From: Candidatus Woesearchaeota archaeon
GTDB taxonomy: Archaea > Nanobdellota > Nanobdellia > Woesearchaeales > JACPBO01
Reading direction: 5' to 3'
DNA length: 54,529 nucleotides
Assembly (NCBI GenBank): GCA_016180285.1
Contig: JACPBO010000003.1
Location: 1 to 54,529, forward strand
Shown here: positions 35,492-44,369 of the stretch, in pieces
Layout: each line of letters opens with the position of its first letter
Position numbering within the stretch: position 1 is the stretch's first letter
Notes under the pieces: model-generated
What the model was told of the DNA's origin: nothing
The model's input: only the letters and a program-made list of their open reading frames with translations
The model's database searches: none
Program-made: the position numbers and the translations under genes

Positions 35492-36126
35492 AAAATGCCT
35501 TTATTGTATAATTCATTGATAAAATATTTTTGATCTGGATTATTCTTTAAAATAAGTTTCTTTGCCTCTTCTTTTTCCGGTAATCGCGGGTTGCCGGGAT
35601 TGAATTTATCGTTCTTCCTGTGCGTCACAGCATCATAAAAATCAATAAGGCCCAATATTCTTGCGTAATACAGTATATTAGATTCAGAGCCTCTGCAAAA
35701 ATTTATTTCTGAATGCGGGATATTTTTTGGGTAGCCTTCGCCAACATAACGATGATGGAAAAGCAGTATTCTGGCAGAAAAATCATGGATATTCTTCAAC
35801 AATCTATAGCCGTCTATCGGATGCTTTTTCAATTCTTCCATATCCTTTTCATCAAATCCTGCTATCTTTTTAAGAGATTTATAATCAGTAAGCGCCTTCC
35901 CAACATCATGCAAAAGGCCCGAATAAAATAAGGCCTTGGGATCAACAACATGCGTGTATCTTGCTACTTCAACACCTTTTAATCCAACTCTTGCGGAATG
36001 CTCGTATGTGGCTTCATCCTTATTTCTGATCAAAGCAACATATGTTTGTATCGAATGCCGCTGTTTATTGGAAATCTTCAATTCTCTGAAAGTTCTATTC
36101 AATTTTTGTTCAAGTGATTGCATCAT
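35485..36126 (-). CDS. stand-alone HD-GYP domain protein
   Basis: TYEHSARV, LLHDVGK, KKHPIDG, HHRYVGEGYP, ARILGLIDFYDA. Confidence 0.85.
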   Translation of the reverse strand: MMQSLEQKLNRTFRELKISNKQRHSIQTYVALIRNKDEATYEHSARVGLKGVEVARYTHVVDPKALFYSGLLHDVGKALTDYKSLKKIAGFDEKDMEELKKHPIDGYRLLKNIHDFSARILLFHHRYVGEGYPKNIPHSEINFCRGSESNILYYARILGLIDFYDAVTHRKNDKFNPGNPRLPEKEEAKKLILKNNPDQKYFINELYNKGIFQ

Positions 36127-36224
36127 TTTAGCACTTCATAAATCAAATTGCAAACCCTCTCTGCTGCCTTTCCGTCTGATGACAGCTGTTTTCTTTTTCA
36201 TGGTATTTTGCACAAAAAGCGCAT

Positions 36225-36827
36225 CTATAAATCATATAATGGTCCGGTTAGGTTAGACTCAGGATATTCCCTGACAGGATTAAAACTTGGTCTGCACCAA
36301 TACATAGAACCATCAACGTCTAAAGTTTCTTTTCCAAATTGAACTTTATCAACGGTTATTTTTGAACCTTGAATCATACTGTATAAGAATTCTCCAAAAC
36401 TTTTTGCAATTACTTTTGTCTCTCCATCTTCATGAAAAGTGTCAAGTATGTCTCTTCTATTGCCATCTTTTGCTCCTGAGGGAGTTTGCAGATTTATCGA
36501 TATGGGATTCCCATTTTCATCAGCTATAGGGTAGATTTTATCGTGCTTTCTTTCTCTTCCCGCAGCATCAACAAACTCAAGAGTGTGCCTTTTAAGGTCA
36601 TTAAGCCCATAAAATTCCAACCCAAACAATTTACCGCCATTTGAATACTTTAAGATGGCCTTGTAATCTTCGGGAAGTGTGACTCCATATTCTTTCTCAA
36701 AATCTTGGATTTTAGAATCAGATGCGCCCTTATTGAGAATAATATCTGCTCTTTCTTTACTTAACTTTGTTATTTCCACCAATACATCATCTATTGAAAC
36801 TTTGTGGTATAAATCAGTTTTTGCCAT
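36225..36827 (-). CDS. SMI1/KNR4 (SUKH) family protein
   Basis: GASDSKIQDFEKEYGVTLPEDYKAILKYSNGG; IAKSFGEFL. Confidence 0.88.
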   Translation of the reverse strand: MAKTDLYHKVSIDDVLVEITKLSKERADIILNKGASDSKIQDFEKEYGVTLPEDYKAILKYSNGGKLFGLEFYGLNDLKRHTLEFVDAAGRERKHDKIYPIADENGNPISINLQTPSGAKDGNRRDILDTFHEDGETKVIAKSFGEFLYSMIQGSKITVDKVQFGKETLDVDGSMYWCRPSFNPVREYPESNLTGPLYDL

Positions 36828-36842
36828 TCGTCTATAGACGAA
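36827..36842. promoter_or_regulatory. 16-bp perfect palindrome at the SMI1 gene start
   Basis: TTCGTCTATAGACGAA between the TATA box (36851-36858) and the ATG. Confidence 0.55.
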
Positions 36843-36892
36843 CCCGCTAGTATTTAAATCTTTCTCTTTTTTACAACTTTAGAGTAATAAAA

Positions 36893-37606
36893 CTAAACCT
36901 CAATCCTCAAATTCGGGTTTTTCTTCAAACAGTAAGCTTTCAGATTTTCAAGAAACTCTTTAGAGGGCGATTTGATGTTCTCAAATTTTGGATCAGCAGT
37001 CTTCTCATCCGAGCTGAACTGCTGCAATCTCCACATGCAGTTGATGTCTTTTATTTCATCTCCAATTCGCGCAATATCCTCTTTTTTATAGATAAGCGAA
37101 GGCACAATTGTTGTTCTTATCTCAACATCAACCTTCGATTCGCTCTCCTTCAGGATCCTCAGGGTTTTCCTGATGCTTTCAATTATTTCTTTTGTTTTTT
37201 TAAAAAAAGTATTTGATCTTGTTGCATTTTCAAATATGCTTTCAATCAAAGGGGCTTTAAGATCTAATTTTATCGCATCAACCAATTTTTTATTGATTAA
37301 TTCTGCCATAACATCCGGATTGCTTCCATTGGTTTCGAGGATAATTTTTTTATTTGATTTTTTGCAAAAAGACATTAATTCAGTTAAAACATCTTTCTGC
37401 AGGCACGGCTCTCCGCCTGAAAAAACAACATAGCCCGCTTTATTTTCCTTAATGTCTTTTTTTATGATTTTCAAGTCATTCAGAAACTTTTTGTCAAAAT
37501 TTATCAATTCAGATTTATTGCAGAACGGGCATTTAAAATCGCAGCCTGCAAAATTAACAGTGCAGAGATCCTTCTTAGCAACTATATCGCTGATGTACCC
37601 CTCCAT
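36893..37606 (-). CDS. radical SAM protein, NrdG/PFL-activase-like
   Basis: GCDFKCPFC, VFSGGEP, ETNGS, EIRTT. Confidence 0.88.
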   Translation of the reverse strand: MEGYISDIVAKKDLCTVNFAGCDFKCPFCNKSELINFDKKFLNDLKIIKKDIKENKAGYVVFSGGEPCLQKDVLTELMSFCKKSNKKIILETNGSNPDVMAELINKKLVDAIKLDLKAPLIESIFENATRSNTFFKKTKEIIESIRKTLRILKESESKVDVEIRTTIVPSLIYKKEDIARIGDEIKDINCMWRLQQFSSDEKTADPKFENIKSPSKEFLENLKAYCLKKNPNLRIEV

Positions 37607-37753
37607 GGCATATAGAAATAGCTGTTTGTTTTTATAATTTATTGTTTTTCTGTTTTAATTCGTTCTTTATTTTCTCAGGAATATTCAGCAAAAACACAGC
37701 CTTTATTCACTTGGTAAAACATCATCTTTAAATATAAGATAAAAAACACAAAT

Positions 37754-38050
37754 ATGATGCAAGATATTTTTAAAGAAGGATTAAAGGATGGGGCATATAT
37801 AGGCATCTTGGGCGGATTATTAGCAATGACTATCACAGCATTGCTTAGAAACCCTGATGAATTTAATAATTTAGAGTTGATTCTAAGCTCACTTAAAACA
37901 ATCACTTGCACAACAATAGCTGGCTCTGCTGGAGGATATACTGGAACAGCAATAGGTTATTATAGCGATAAACTTGCTGAACACACAAATAAGCTTACTC
38001 AGAGATACAGGCAAAATAATTTAAATGCAGATGTTAATCATTTATTTTGA
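37754..38050 (+). CDS. small Gly-rich membrane protein
   Basis: 98-aa ORF with two hydrophobic GxxxG-rich segments. Confidence 0.6.
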   Translation: MMQDIFKEGLKDGAYIGILGGLLAMTITALLRNPDEFNNLELILSSLKTITCTTIAGSAGGYTGTAIGYYSDKLAEHTNKLTQRYRQNNLNADVNHLF

Positions 38051-38056
38051 AATCAA

Positions 38057-38173
38057 TTATTCTTCAGTTGTTTTCTTAATGTCATCTTTCTTTTTGCCAA
38101 AAAACCCTTCTAATGTCTTATTGCTCACTATTGTCTTGTAGCTTATCTTTTTTGCCTTTTCTTTGTCCTTCAT
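38057..38173 (-). CDS. 38-aa microprotein MKDKEKAKKISYKTIVSNKTLEGFFGKKKDDIKKTTEE
   Basis: Read by hand; GAGGTGAT SD directly upstream; follows dut. Confidence 0.6.
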   Translation of the reverse strand: MKDKEKAKKISYKTIVSNKTLEGFFGKKKDDIKKTTEE

Positions 38174-38188
38174 TAAAATCACCTCTTT

Positions 38189-38611
38189 TTACAGCCCTGT
38201 GCTTCCGAATCCTTTCTCATTCCTTGCTGTCTCATCCAATGCTTCAGCTTCTTCAAGTTCAGCCTTTTCAACTTTCTGCACAAGCATCTGGGCTATCTTC
38301 ATTCCCTTTTTAATCATAAAATCTTCCTTGCCAAGATTAACCATTACAACCTTTACCTCGCCCCTGTAAGAAGAGTCAATAACTCCGCCTTTTGTCTTAA
38401 TGCCGTGGTTCAGAGCAATTCCGCTCTTGTCCCACACTAATCCGACATAGCCATTTGGAATGGCAATCTGCACTCCTGTCTTGATCGCAGCCCTTTCGCA
38501 TACTTTCAGAATAAAATCCTCATCAGAGTAAAGATCCAGCCCGGCATCCCCTTCATGCGCGTATGAAGGCAGTTTTGCATCTTTGCTTAGCTTTTTTATT
38601 TTTATTTTCAT
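38189..38611 (-). CDS. dut: trimeric dUTPase
   Basis: DAGLDL, KSG, GVIDSSYRGE, KIAQM, RNEKGFGSTG; start reassigned to MKIKIKK. Confidence 0.95.
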   Translation of the reverse strand: MKIKIKKLSKDAKLPSYAHEGDAGLDLYSDEDFILKVCERAAIKTGVQIAIPNGYVGLVWDKSGIALNHGIKTKGGVIDSSYRGEVKVVMVNLGKEDFMIKKGMKIAQMLVQKVEKAELEEAEALDETARNEKGFGSTGL

Positions 38612-38765
38612 AGGAGAACAAAAATAAAGCATTGAGCTGCATTTAAATACATTATCAAAGTTTAAACTATAGTATGGAAAAACTAGGTTGAAGTTTAAAA
38701 AAGAAAGCAAACATTTAAAAATAAGCATAACTCCATAACAAAAATCAAACAAAGAGGTGGTCTAA

Positions 38766-39515
38766 ATGCCATATTCGCTATATGTCGCAGGAACAATAAT
38801 CTTCTTTTTCTTATTGTCTGGAATTAAGCTGCTATACCAGTATGAAAGGGGGGTTGTTTTCACTTTGGGAAGATACAGCCATGTTAAAAATCCCGGCTTA
38901 AGGTGGGTTATGCCTGTAATCCAAAATATGAGAAAAGTTGATATCCGCATTAAAACTGCAGATATTCCGCGCCAGGAAGTTATCACAAAAGACAATATTC
39001 CGCTTCTCGCAAACACAGTTGTTTATTTTAAGGTTGAAAAGCCGGCAGATGCCATTATAAAGATCGAGGATTTTGAGTATGCTGTAAAGCAGTACACGCA
39101 GGCTGCATTAAGGGATGTTATTGGCAACTCAGAGCTTGACTTTGTCTTGACAGAGAGGGAAAAGATAGCAAGCAGCATTAAAAAAATAGTTGATACAGAA
39201 ACCTCTGGCTGGGGCGTTGATATAGAATCAATAAAAATACAGGAAATAGAGCTCCCGGCTGAAATGAAAAGGGCAATGGCAAAGCAGGCTGAAGCAGAAA
39301 GGGAGAGAAGGGCAGTCATTATTGATGCTGAAGGAGAGCTGAAAGCTTCGGAAAATCTGAAAAAAGCCTCTGACAACTTATCCAAAAGCCCGGCTGCTGT
39401 TCACCTTAGAACCCTGCAGACTATACGGGACATTGCAGCAGACCCATCAGAAAAAATTGTTTTGTTTCTGCCTTCAGATACAGCAGGCCTGATTAAAAAA
39501 TTCACCAAGAAATAG
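38766..39515 (+). CDS. SPFH/stomatin-like protein
   Basis: QYERGVVFTLG, QEVITKDN, AMAKQAEAERERRA. Confidence 0.93.
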   Translation: MPYSLYVAGTIIFFFLLSGIKLLYQYERGVVFTLGRYSHVKNPGLRWVMPVIQNMRKVDIRIKTADIPRQEVITKDNIPLLANTVVYFKVEKPADAIIKIEDFEYAVKQYTQAALRDVIGNSELDFVLTEREKIASSIKKIVDTETSGWGVDIESIKIQEIELPAEMKRAMAKQAEAERERRAVIIDAEGELKASENLKKASDNLSKSPAAVHLRTLQTIRDIAADPSEKIVLFLPSDTAGLIKKFTKK

Positions 39516-39526
39516 GAGGCGCTTAA

Positions 39527-40192
39527 ATGCTGGAGCAAAAAACCCGTTATTTACAGATAGCTTTCAATGATGATCTGGCATTAATAAACAGGATTCTCCC
39601 TGCAATCCCGGAAGATGACAGAATTCTGATTGAAGCAGGAACTCCCTTTATCAAAAGAGAGGGTTTTGCAGGAATAAGAAGAATCTCTGAAATATGGGGC
39701 GGCAAAATTGTTGCAGACCTGAAAACAATGGACGGCGCATTAGAAGAAGTTGACCTTGCCTATAATGCAGGAGCTTCTGCAGCAACAGCTCTGGGAAGCG
39801 CATCAGCTGAAACAACAAACTTATTCATACAAAGGTGCAAAGACCTTGGTTTAGACCCGATGATTGACATGATCAATGTCGAAGAGCCTTTGAAAGCCAT
39901 ATTAAAGCTAAAGCAGCCTCCAAGAGTTGTTATCCTCCACAAAGGCAGAGACGAAGAAACTACAAGGGGCAAGCTAATACAGTACAAGCACATAACCGGA
40001 ATAAAGAGCAAATATGATGTTTTAATCTCTGCTGCCGGAGGTGTTGATTTAAAAGAAGCAAGAAGCGCAATCTTCAACGGCGCAAATATTGTTGTTGTGA
40101 ACATCGTATCTGCAGCAGACCCCTGGACCGGGATCAGGTCAGACGAGAATGTTGCTGAGATAGCAAGGCAGTTTTTAAGGACAATTGAATAA
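39527..40192 (+). CDS. HUMPS/OMP-decarboxylase family protein (hexulose-6-phosphate synthase-like)
   Basis: LQIA, IEAGTP, VADLKTMD, AGGV. Confidence 0.8.
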   Translation: MLEQKTRYLQIAFNDDLALINRILPAIPEDDRILIEAGTPFIKREGFAGIRRISEIWGGKIVADLKTMDGALEEVDLAYNAGASAATALGSASAETTNLFIQRCKDLGLDPMIDMINVEEPLKAILKLKQPPRVVILHKGRDEETTRGKLIQYKHITGIKSKYDVLISAAGGVDLKEARSAIFNGANIVVVNIVSAADPWTGIRSDENVAEIARQFLRTIE

Positions 40193-40205
40193 AATGACAG
40201 CATTC

Positions 40206-40403
40206 TCATTTATGCTTTAAAAGAGCATGAAAATGTTTTTTATTTTCCTTTATTATAAGCCAAATCATAATTATGGCAAGAAAGATCAACCCAATCAGAA
40301 CTATCAAGTTAACCTCTCCTTTATGTGCGATTAGCTTGTCCTGAATATCTAAATACTCACATCCTCCTGTAAGGCATTTATTTGCAATTTCGTTTACATT
40401 CAT
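40206..40403 (-). CDS. small single-TM protein
   Basis: 65-aa ORF with one TM; divergent from the wHTH gene. Confidence 0.55.
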   Translation of the reverse strand: MNVNEIANKCLTGGCEYLDIQDKLIAHKGEVNLIVLIGLIFLAIIMIWLIIKENKKHFHALLKHK

Positions 40404-40425
40404 TTACATCGTTATAACGATGTAA
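40404..40425. promoter_or_regulatory. 22-bp perfect palindrome, probable operator
   Basis: TTACATCGTTATAACGATGTAA. Confidence 0.7.
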
Positions 40426-40457
40426 TACTTTTATATAAACATTACTCTTTTGGACGC

Positions 40458-40718
40458 ATGTCTGTATTCAGGTTTAAAGAGCTAACGTGCATGTTGGGGA
40501 TATTGAGGATATTAAATAAAGGCAAATCCACTTATTCTGATATGTACAGGTCAACTAAAGTTTCTCACACAACTTTACAGAGGGCATTGAAGAATCTTGC
40601 CAGTAAAACCCTTGTTCTAAGGCGCAATAAGGGGCATATGCTGGTTGATTATGAGATCACAGATAAAGGAATGCTTTTGTTGGAGCATCTGGAAAAAATA
40701 AAGAAATTGGTTGATTAG
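40458..40718 (+). CDS. winged-HTH transcription regulator (HxlR/ArsR-like)
   Basis: TYSDMYRSTKVSHTTLQRALKNL..VDYEITDKG. Confidence 0.85.
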   Translation: MSVFRFKELTCMLGILRILNKGKSTYSDMYRSTKVSHTTLQRALKNLASKTLVLRRNKGHMLVDYEITDKGMLLLEHLEKIKKLVD

Positions 40719-40761
40719 GTTTCTAGCCAGATATTGCGCATAATATTAGTTCGATGCTCAA

Positions 40762-41529
40762 TTGCAAGTCCGCAGAAAAAAGAATAATTTTTATATAAGT
40801 ACGGATATTCAAGTCATATGGTTAAATATAGAATGACTTTATTAAGTGTTTTTATGATTTTTTTAGTTCTGCTTTCTGGATGTGAATCTGCTATGCAATC
40901 AGGTTTATTTTCAGGTACAAAAATAAAAGATATAATTGCGGATTACTCAAAATTTGAAAATAAAAATGTAACATTAAATGCAATTCATCAAGGCTATGCC
41001 TCACGGTATAATTCATTATTAAACCACGATTATAAGTATGTCGTTTTTGAAGATAAAGATGGTTATCAGATTGATGCTTTGTTAGATATCAAGAATAAAG
41101 ATTATGTAGGTAGAGAATATAAAATAAAAGGAACCATCAAAACTTTAGAATTATGCCAATGTATGATTCAAGATAAATTTTTTATTAGACTACTAACTAT
41201 GGAAGAATTAATGACTTATGGAAATACCAACCCTAACATTGGGACTGAAAAAATATTAAATATATCTGATTGGTATAAGTATCAACCTACTTCACAATAC
41301 AATCCTGAAGGAGGCGTGGATGATTTACCACAATTAAATGGATTAACATTTTCCGATATATGTATTGGAAAAAAGACATCACATCCTTATACGACTAAAA
41401 AAATTCCTGCGGATACAACATTTTGGTGGATAAGATATTATAAATGTGGAGAACCAAATAAAGAGTTCTATTATCTTCATGTTTATGATTTAGAAACAAG
41501 TTGATAATTAACTTTCGGCGGACTTGCAA
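40762..41529. mobile_element. cassette bounded by 17-bp inverted repeats
   Basis: TTGCAAGTCCGCAGAAA (40762-40778) / TTTCGGCGGACTTGCAA (41513-41529), 16/17; mobility inferred. Confidence 0.5.
40818..41504 (+). CDS. putative lipoprotein
   Basis: Lipobox LLSGC after a hydrophobic signal; AT-rich. Confidence 0.75.
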   Translation: MVKYRMTLLSVFMIFLVLLSGCESAMQSGLFSGTKIKDIIADYSKFENKNVTLNAIHQGYASRYNSLLNHDYKYVVFEDKDGYQIDALLDIKNKDYVGREYKIKGTIKTLELCQCMIQDKFFIRLLTMEELMTYGNTNPNIGTEKILNISDWYKYQPTSQYNPEGGVDDLPQLNGLTFSDICIGKKTSHPYTTKKIPADTTFWWIRYYKCGEPNKEFYYLHVYDLETS

Positions 41530-41620
41530 CTCTTCGGACGAAGTTTGACCACACTACATCTGGAAAAAGAGTTTAACAAGAATTTCATATGTTAAGTCCA
41601 ATCGCTGACTACGGGCGTCC

Positions 41621-42115
41621 CTAGAATAATTTTTCAATATCTTCTTTTACCCTCTCTAAGGTTTTTAATGCATCTGCCGGAGTAATAACTGGTGGAGAAG
41701 TCAAATGTGAAAAAGAGTTCCTTAATTCTCTTGAAATATCATAAATAAATTTATCTTCTTTTTTAATAATACCTTTCTCTGCTAATTTCATAACTACTTC
41801 TTTAAACGACACAAAAATTTTAGATTCTCTAAAAAGTTGATTATACTTATTTCGTAGAGCTGATTCTAAAGAAAGAAGAGCATAATGATTGGAAATTGTG
41901 AAAAAATAATAACGAAAATAGCCAAATAAATACAAATCTTTGGCTCCGTTAAAAACTCGTTTGACTTCTTCAGGGATTTTTGAACTTAAAACAATAGTAG
42001 ATATATGTTGTTGTAAATCTTCCAATTCTATACTTTCTGATTTACCTTCTTTATCAATTTTTACAAAAGCATCAAAAATTTTGTCTTTTTTAAGTATCTC
42101 GGACATCATGATCAT
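41621..42115 (-). CDS. stand-alone HEPN-like protein
   Basis: LESALR..LRNSFSH (Rx4H). Confidence 0.65.
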   Translation of the reverse strand: MIMMSEILKKDKIFDAFVKIDKEGKSESIELEDLQQHISTIVLSSKIPEEVKRVFNGAKDLYLFGYFRYYFFTISNHYALLSLESALRNKYNQLFRESKIFVSFKEVVMKLAEKGIIKKEDKFIYDISRELRNSFSHLTSPPVITPADALKTLERVKEDIEKLF

Positions 42116-42345
42116 TTTTTCTTTTTAGACCATGATTCGATAGCGCCATTAATAAAGCATACCGTTCCTAACAAAAAGAAAATATATGGAAATGGGGCAA
42201 ATACTTGTTGCCTTATACATGAGATAGGTTCTTTTTCAAAATTATAACCACAATAAGTGTTCCATTGAAGGCCGATACCTGCAAGAATCATACCAAGAAT
42301 CATAAATGCTATTCCAAAGACAGACCATTGACTTGCTCTCATCAT
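42112..42345 (-). CDS. small two-TM membrane protein
   Basis: 77 aa; two TMs with a Cys pair in the loop; overlaps the HEPN gene start. Confidence 0.65.
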   Translation of the reverse strand: MMRASQWSVFGIAFMILGMILAGIGLQWNTYCGYNFEKEPISCIRQQVFAPFPYIFFLLGTVCFINGAIESWSKKKK

Positions 42346-42463
42346 AAATTAAACATATATTGAGCTTTAAATATATTTCTATTTTTGGGGCACCAAATTA
42401 TTTTTTTACTTAATAATAAACAACATACAAACTTTTATAAATCCCTTCTCTTTCTTATCGCCT

Positions 42464-43561
42464 ATGGCAGATGCAAAGCTGAAATTCAAGCTGAAGAAAG
42501 TAATAAAGGAATTAGATCAGTATAGAGGCAGGCATACAGAATTAGTCAGCGTCTATGTTCCGCAGGATTATGATCTCAACAAGATAATCCAGCATCTTGA
42601 CCAGGAAAAAGGCACTGCAACAAACATAAAGTCAACCTCTACAAGAAAGAATGTTATTGATGCATTGGAAAGAATGATCCAGCATTTAAGGCTTTTCAAA
42701 AGAACCCCGGAAAATGGGTTGGCTGTTTTTTCAGGCAATGTAGCTGAGAGGGAAGGCCAGAGCGACATAAAAGTATGGAGCTTGGAGCCGCCTGTTCCTC
42801 TAAAGATAAGAATCTACAGGTGCGACAAGGAATTTGTTTTAGACCCGTTAAGGGATATGCTTGAAATAAAAGAAGTGTATGGCCTTGTTGTTTTAGACAG
42901 AAGAGACAGCACAATCGCCATGCTGAAGGGAAAATCAATTATTCCGCTTATCAGAACTCATTCAACAGTGCCTGGAAAGTTCAAGGCCGGGGGACAGAGC
43001 GCAAAAAGATTCGAAAGCAACCGTGAATTGGCAGCAAAAGAATTCTACCATAAAGTTGCTGATTATATGAAAGACCAGTTCTTGACAAAAATAACTGAAT
43101 TGAAAGGCATCTTAGTAGGCGGCCCTGGCCCGACAAAATATGAATTAGTAGAGGGCGATTACATAACAGGCGATTTAAAGAAGAAAATAATTGCAATAAA
43201 AGATATCAGCTATACAGATGAATTCGGCCTGCAGGAATTGCTTGATAAATGCCAGGATATTCTTGCGCAGGAGGGCATTGCAGAGGAAAAGGCAGTAATG
43301 GCAAGATTCTTTGAACTGCTGGCCACAAAGCAGGGAATGACAGGCTATGGCAGGGAAGAAGTTACTAATGACCTGAAAATGGGCGCAGTTGATGTTCTGC
43401 TCCTGTCTGAGGATTGTGAAGATTCTGTTGTTGAGGAATTTGAAAAAGAGGCAGAGAAAGTAGGCACAAAAGTAATGATGATCTCAACTGAAACAAGAGA
43501 GGGTGTGCAGCTTAGAGACATAGGCAAGATAGCCGCTATACTGAGATATGAAGTGAGGTAA
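42464..43561 (+). CDS. prf1: archaeal peptide chain release factor aRF1
   Basis: NIKS, YRCD and GGQS motifs. Confidence 0.97.
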   Translation: MADAKLKFKLKKVIKELDQYRGRHTELVSVYVPQDYDLNKIIQHLDQEKGTATNIKSTSTRKNVIDALERMIQHLRLFKRTPENGLAVFSGNVAEREGQSDIKVWSLEPPVPLKIRIYRCDKEFVLDPLRDMLEIKEVYGLVVLDRRDSTIAMLKGKSIIPLIRTHSTVPGKFKAGGQSAKRFESNRELAAKEFYHKVADYMKDQFLTKITELKGILVGGPGPTKYELVEGDYITGDLKKKIIAIKDISYTDEFGLQELLDKCQDILAQEGIAEEKAVMARFFELLATKQGMTGYGREEVTNDLKMGAVDVLLLSEDCEDSVVEEFEKEAEKVGTKVMMISTETREGVQLRDIGKIAAILRYEVR

Positions 43562-43562
43562 A

Positions 43563-44225
43563 ATGGATCTCATTACGGAATCCTTCAAAAGGCTTTGTCC
43601 TGAAAAAGAGCCCGGCTTTAGCCCCTCATTAAAGTATTCAGGAAGGTTCAGCGGCTATAACGCAAATATAAGGTTCAATAAGCTTTCAAATAAGCTTGAA
43701 ATAAGCCTGAGCAAAAAATGGAAAAAAATTGATGATGAAATCCAGATCGGCCTGGTGCAGTCCCTGCTTCTTAAGATTTTCAAAGATAAAAAGAATACGG
43801 CAAATATCAATATGTACAATATTTTTATGAAACGGATCCACATAGCCATTCCAAAGGTTTATTCCGATCCTGCTCTTGATGAAAGCTTCAATAGAGTGAA
43901 TGAAAAATATTTTTTCAGCCTTATTGAAAAGCCGAATCTAAAATGGGGCTCTCACTCAAAAGCAAAGCTGGGCTGCTATGATTATGGCAGCGACACAATT
44001 ACAATAAGCAGGGTGTTTGAAAATAATATAGACCTTCTAGACTATATCATGTATCACGAAGCGCTGCACAAGAAGCACAAGTTTGAAAACAGGAATGGAA
44101 GGAATTATTCGCACACTAAAGATTTCAGGCTCAAAGAAACTGAGTTTGAGAATGCAAAAATAATTGAAAATAAAATCTCAAGATTAATAGCAAGAAGAAG
44201 GGTTTTTGACTTCATAGGATTTTAA
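43563..44225 (+). CDS. SprT-like/M48-type zinc metalloprotease
   Basis: LGCYDY..ITIS..YIMYHEALH..H. Confidence 0.8.
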   Translation: MDLITESFKRLCPEKEPGFSPSLKYSGRFSGYNANIRFNKLSNKLEISLSKKWKKIDDEIQIGLVQSLLLKIFKDKKNTANINMYNIFMKRIHIAIPKVYSDPALDESFNRVNEKYFFSLIEKPNLKWGSHSKAKLGCYDYGSDTITISRVFENNIDLLDYIMYHEALHKKHKFENRNGRNYSHTKDFRLKETEFENAKIIENKISRLIARRRVFDFIGF

Positions 44226-44369
44226 TGGGGAGAAAACTTTAGAGATATATCTGCTGAAAGAACAAAAACTACGGATTAATCGATCATTACTGATTCTCTC
44301 GAACTTTTGGAAATCCTTTATCTAACAACTTTCTTGTATTTGCTATGGCCTCGTTCACTTTTGTTTCCC

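Noticed and set aside
38612..38752. N-terminal extension of dUTPase in the ORF track
   Set aside because: It runs through the AT-rich divergent promoter region; the dUTPase fold starts at MKIKIKK (38611).
40735..41597. dif/Xer-like half sites (TGCGCATAA at 40735; ATATGTTAAGT at 41587) around the lipoprotein cassette
   Set aside because: Each lacks a properly spaced partner arm; too degenerate to call.
42387..42395. GGGGCACCA as a tRNA 3'-end att site matching the orphan 5' fragment
   Set aside because: Only 9 nt, with no T arm, 10 kb away; chance is plausible.
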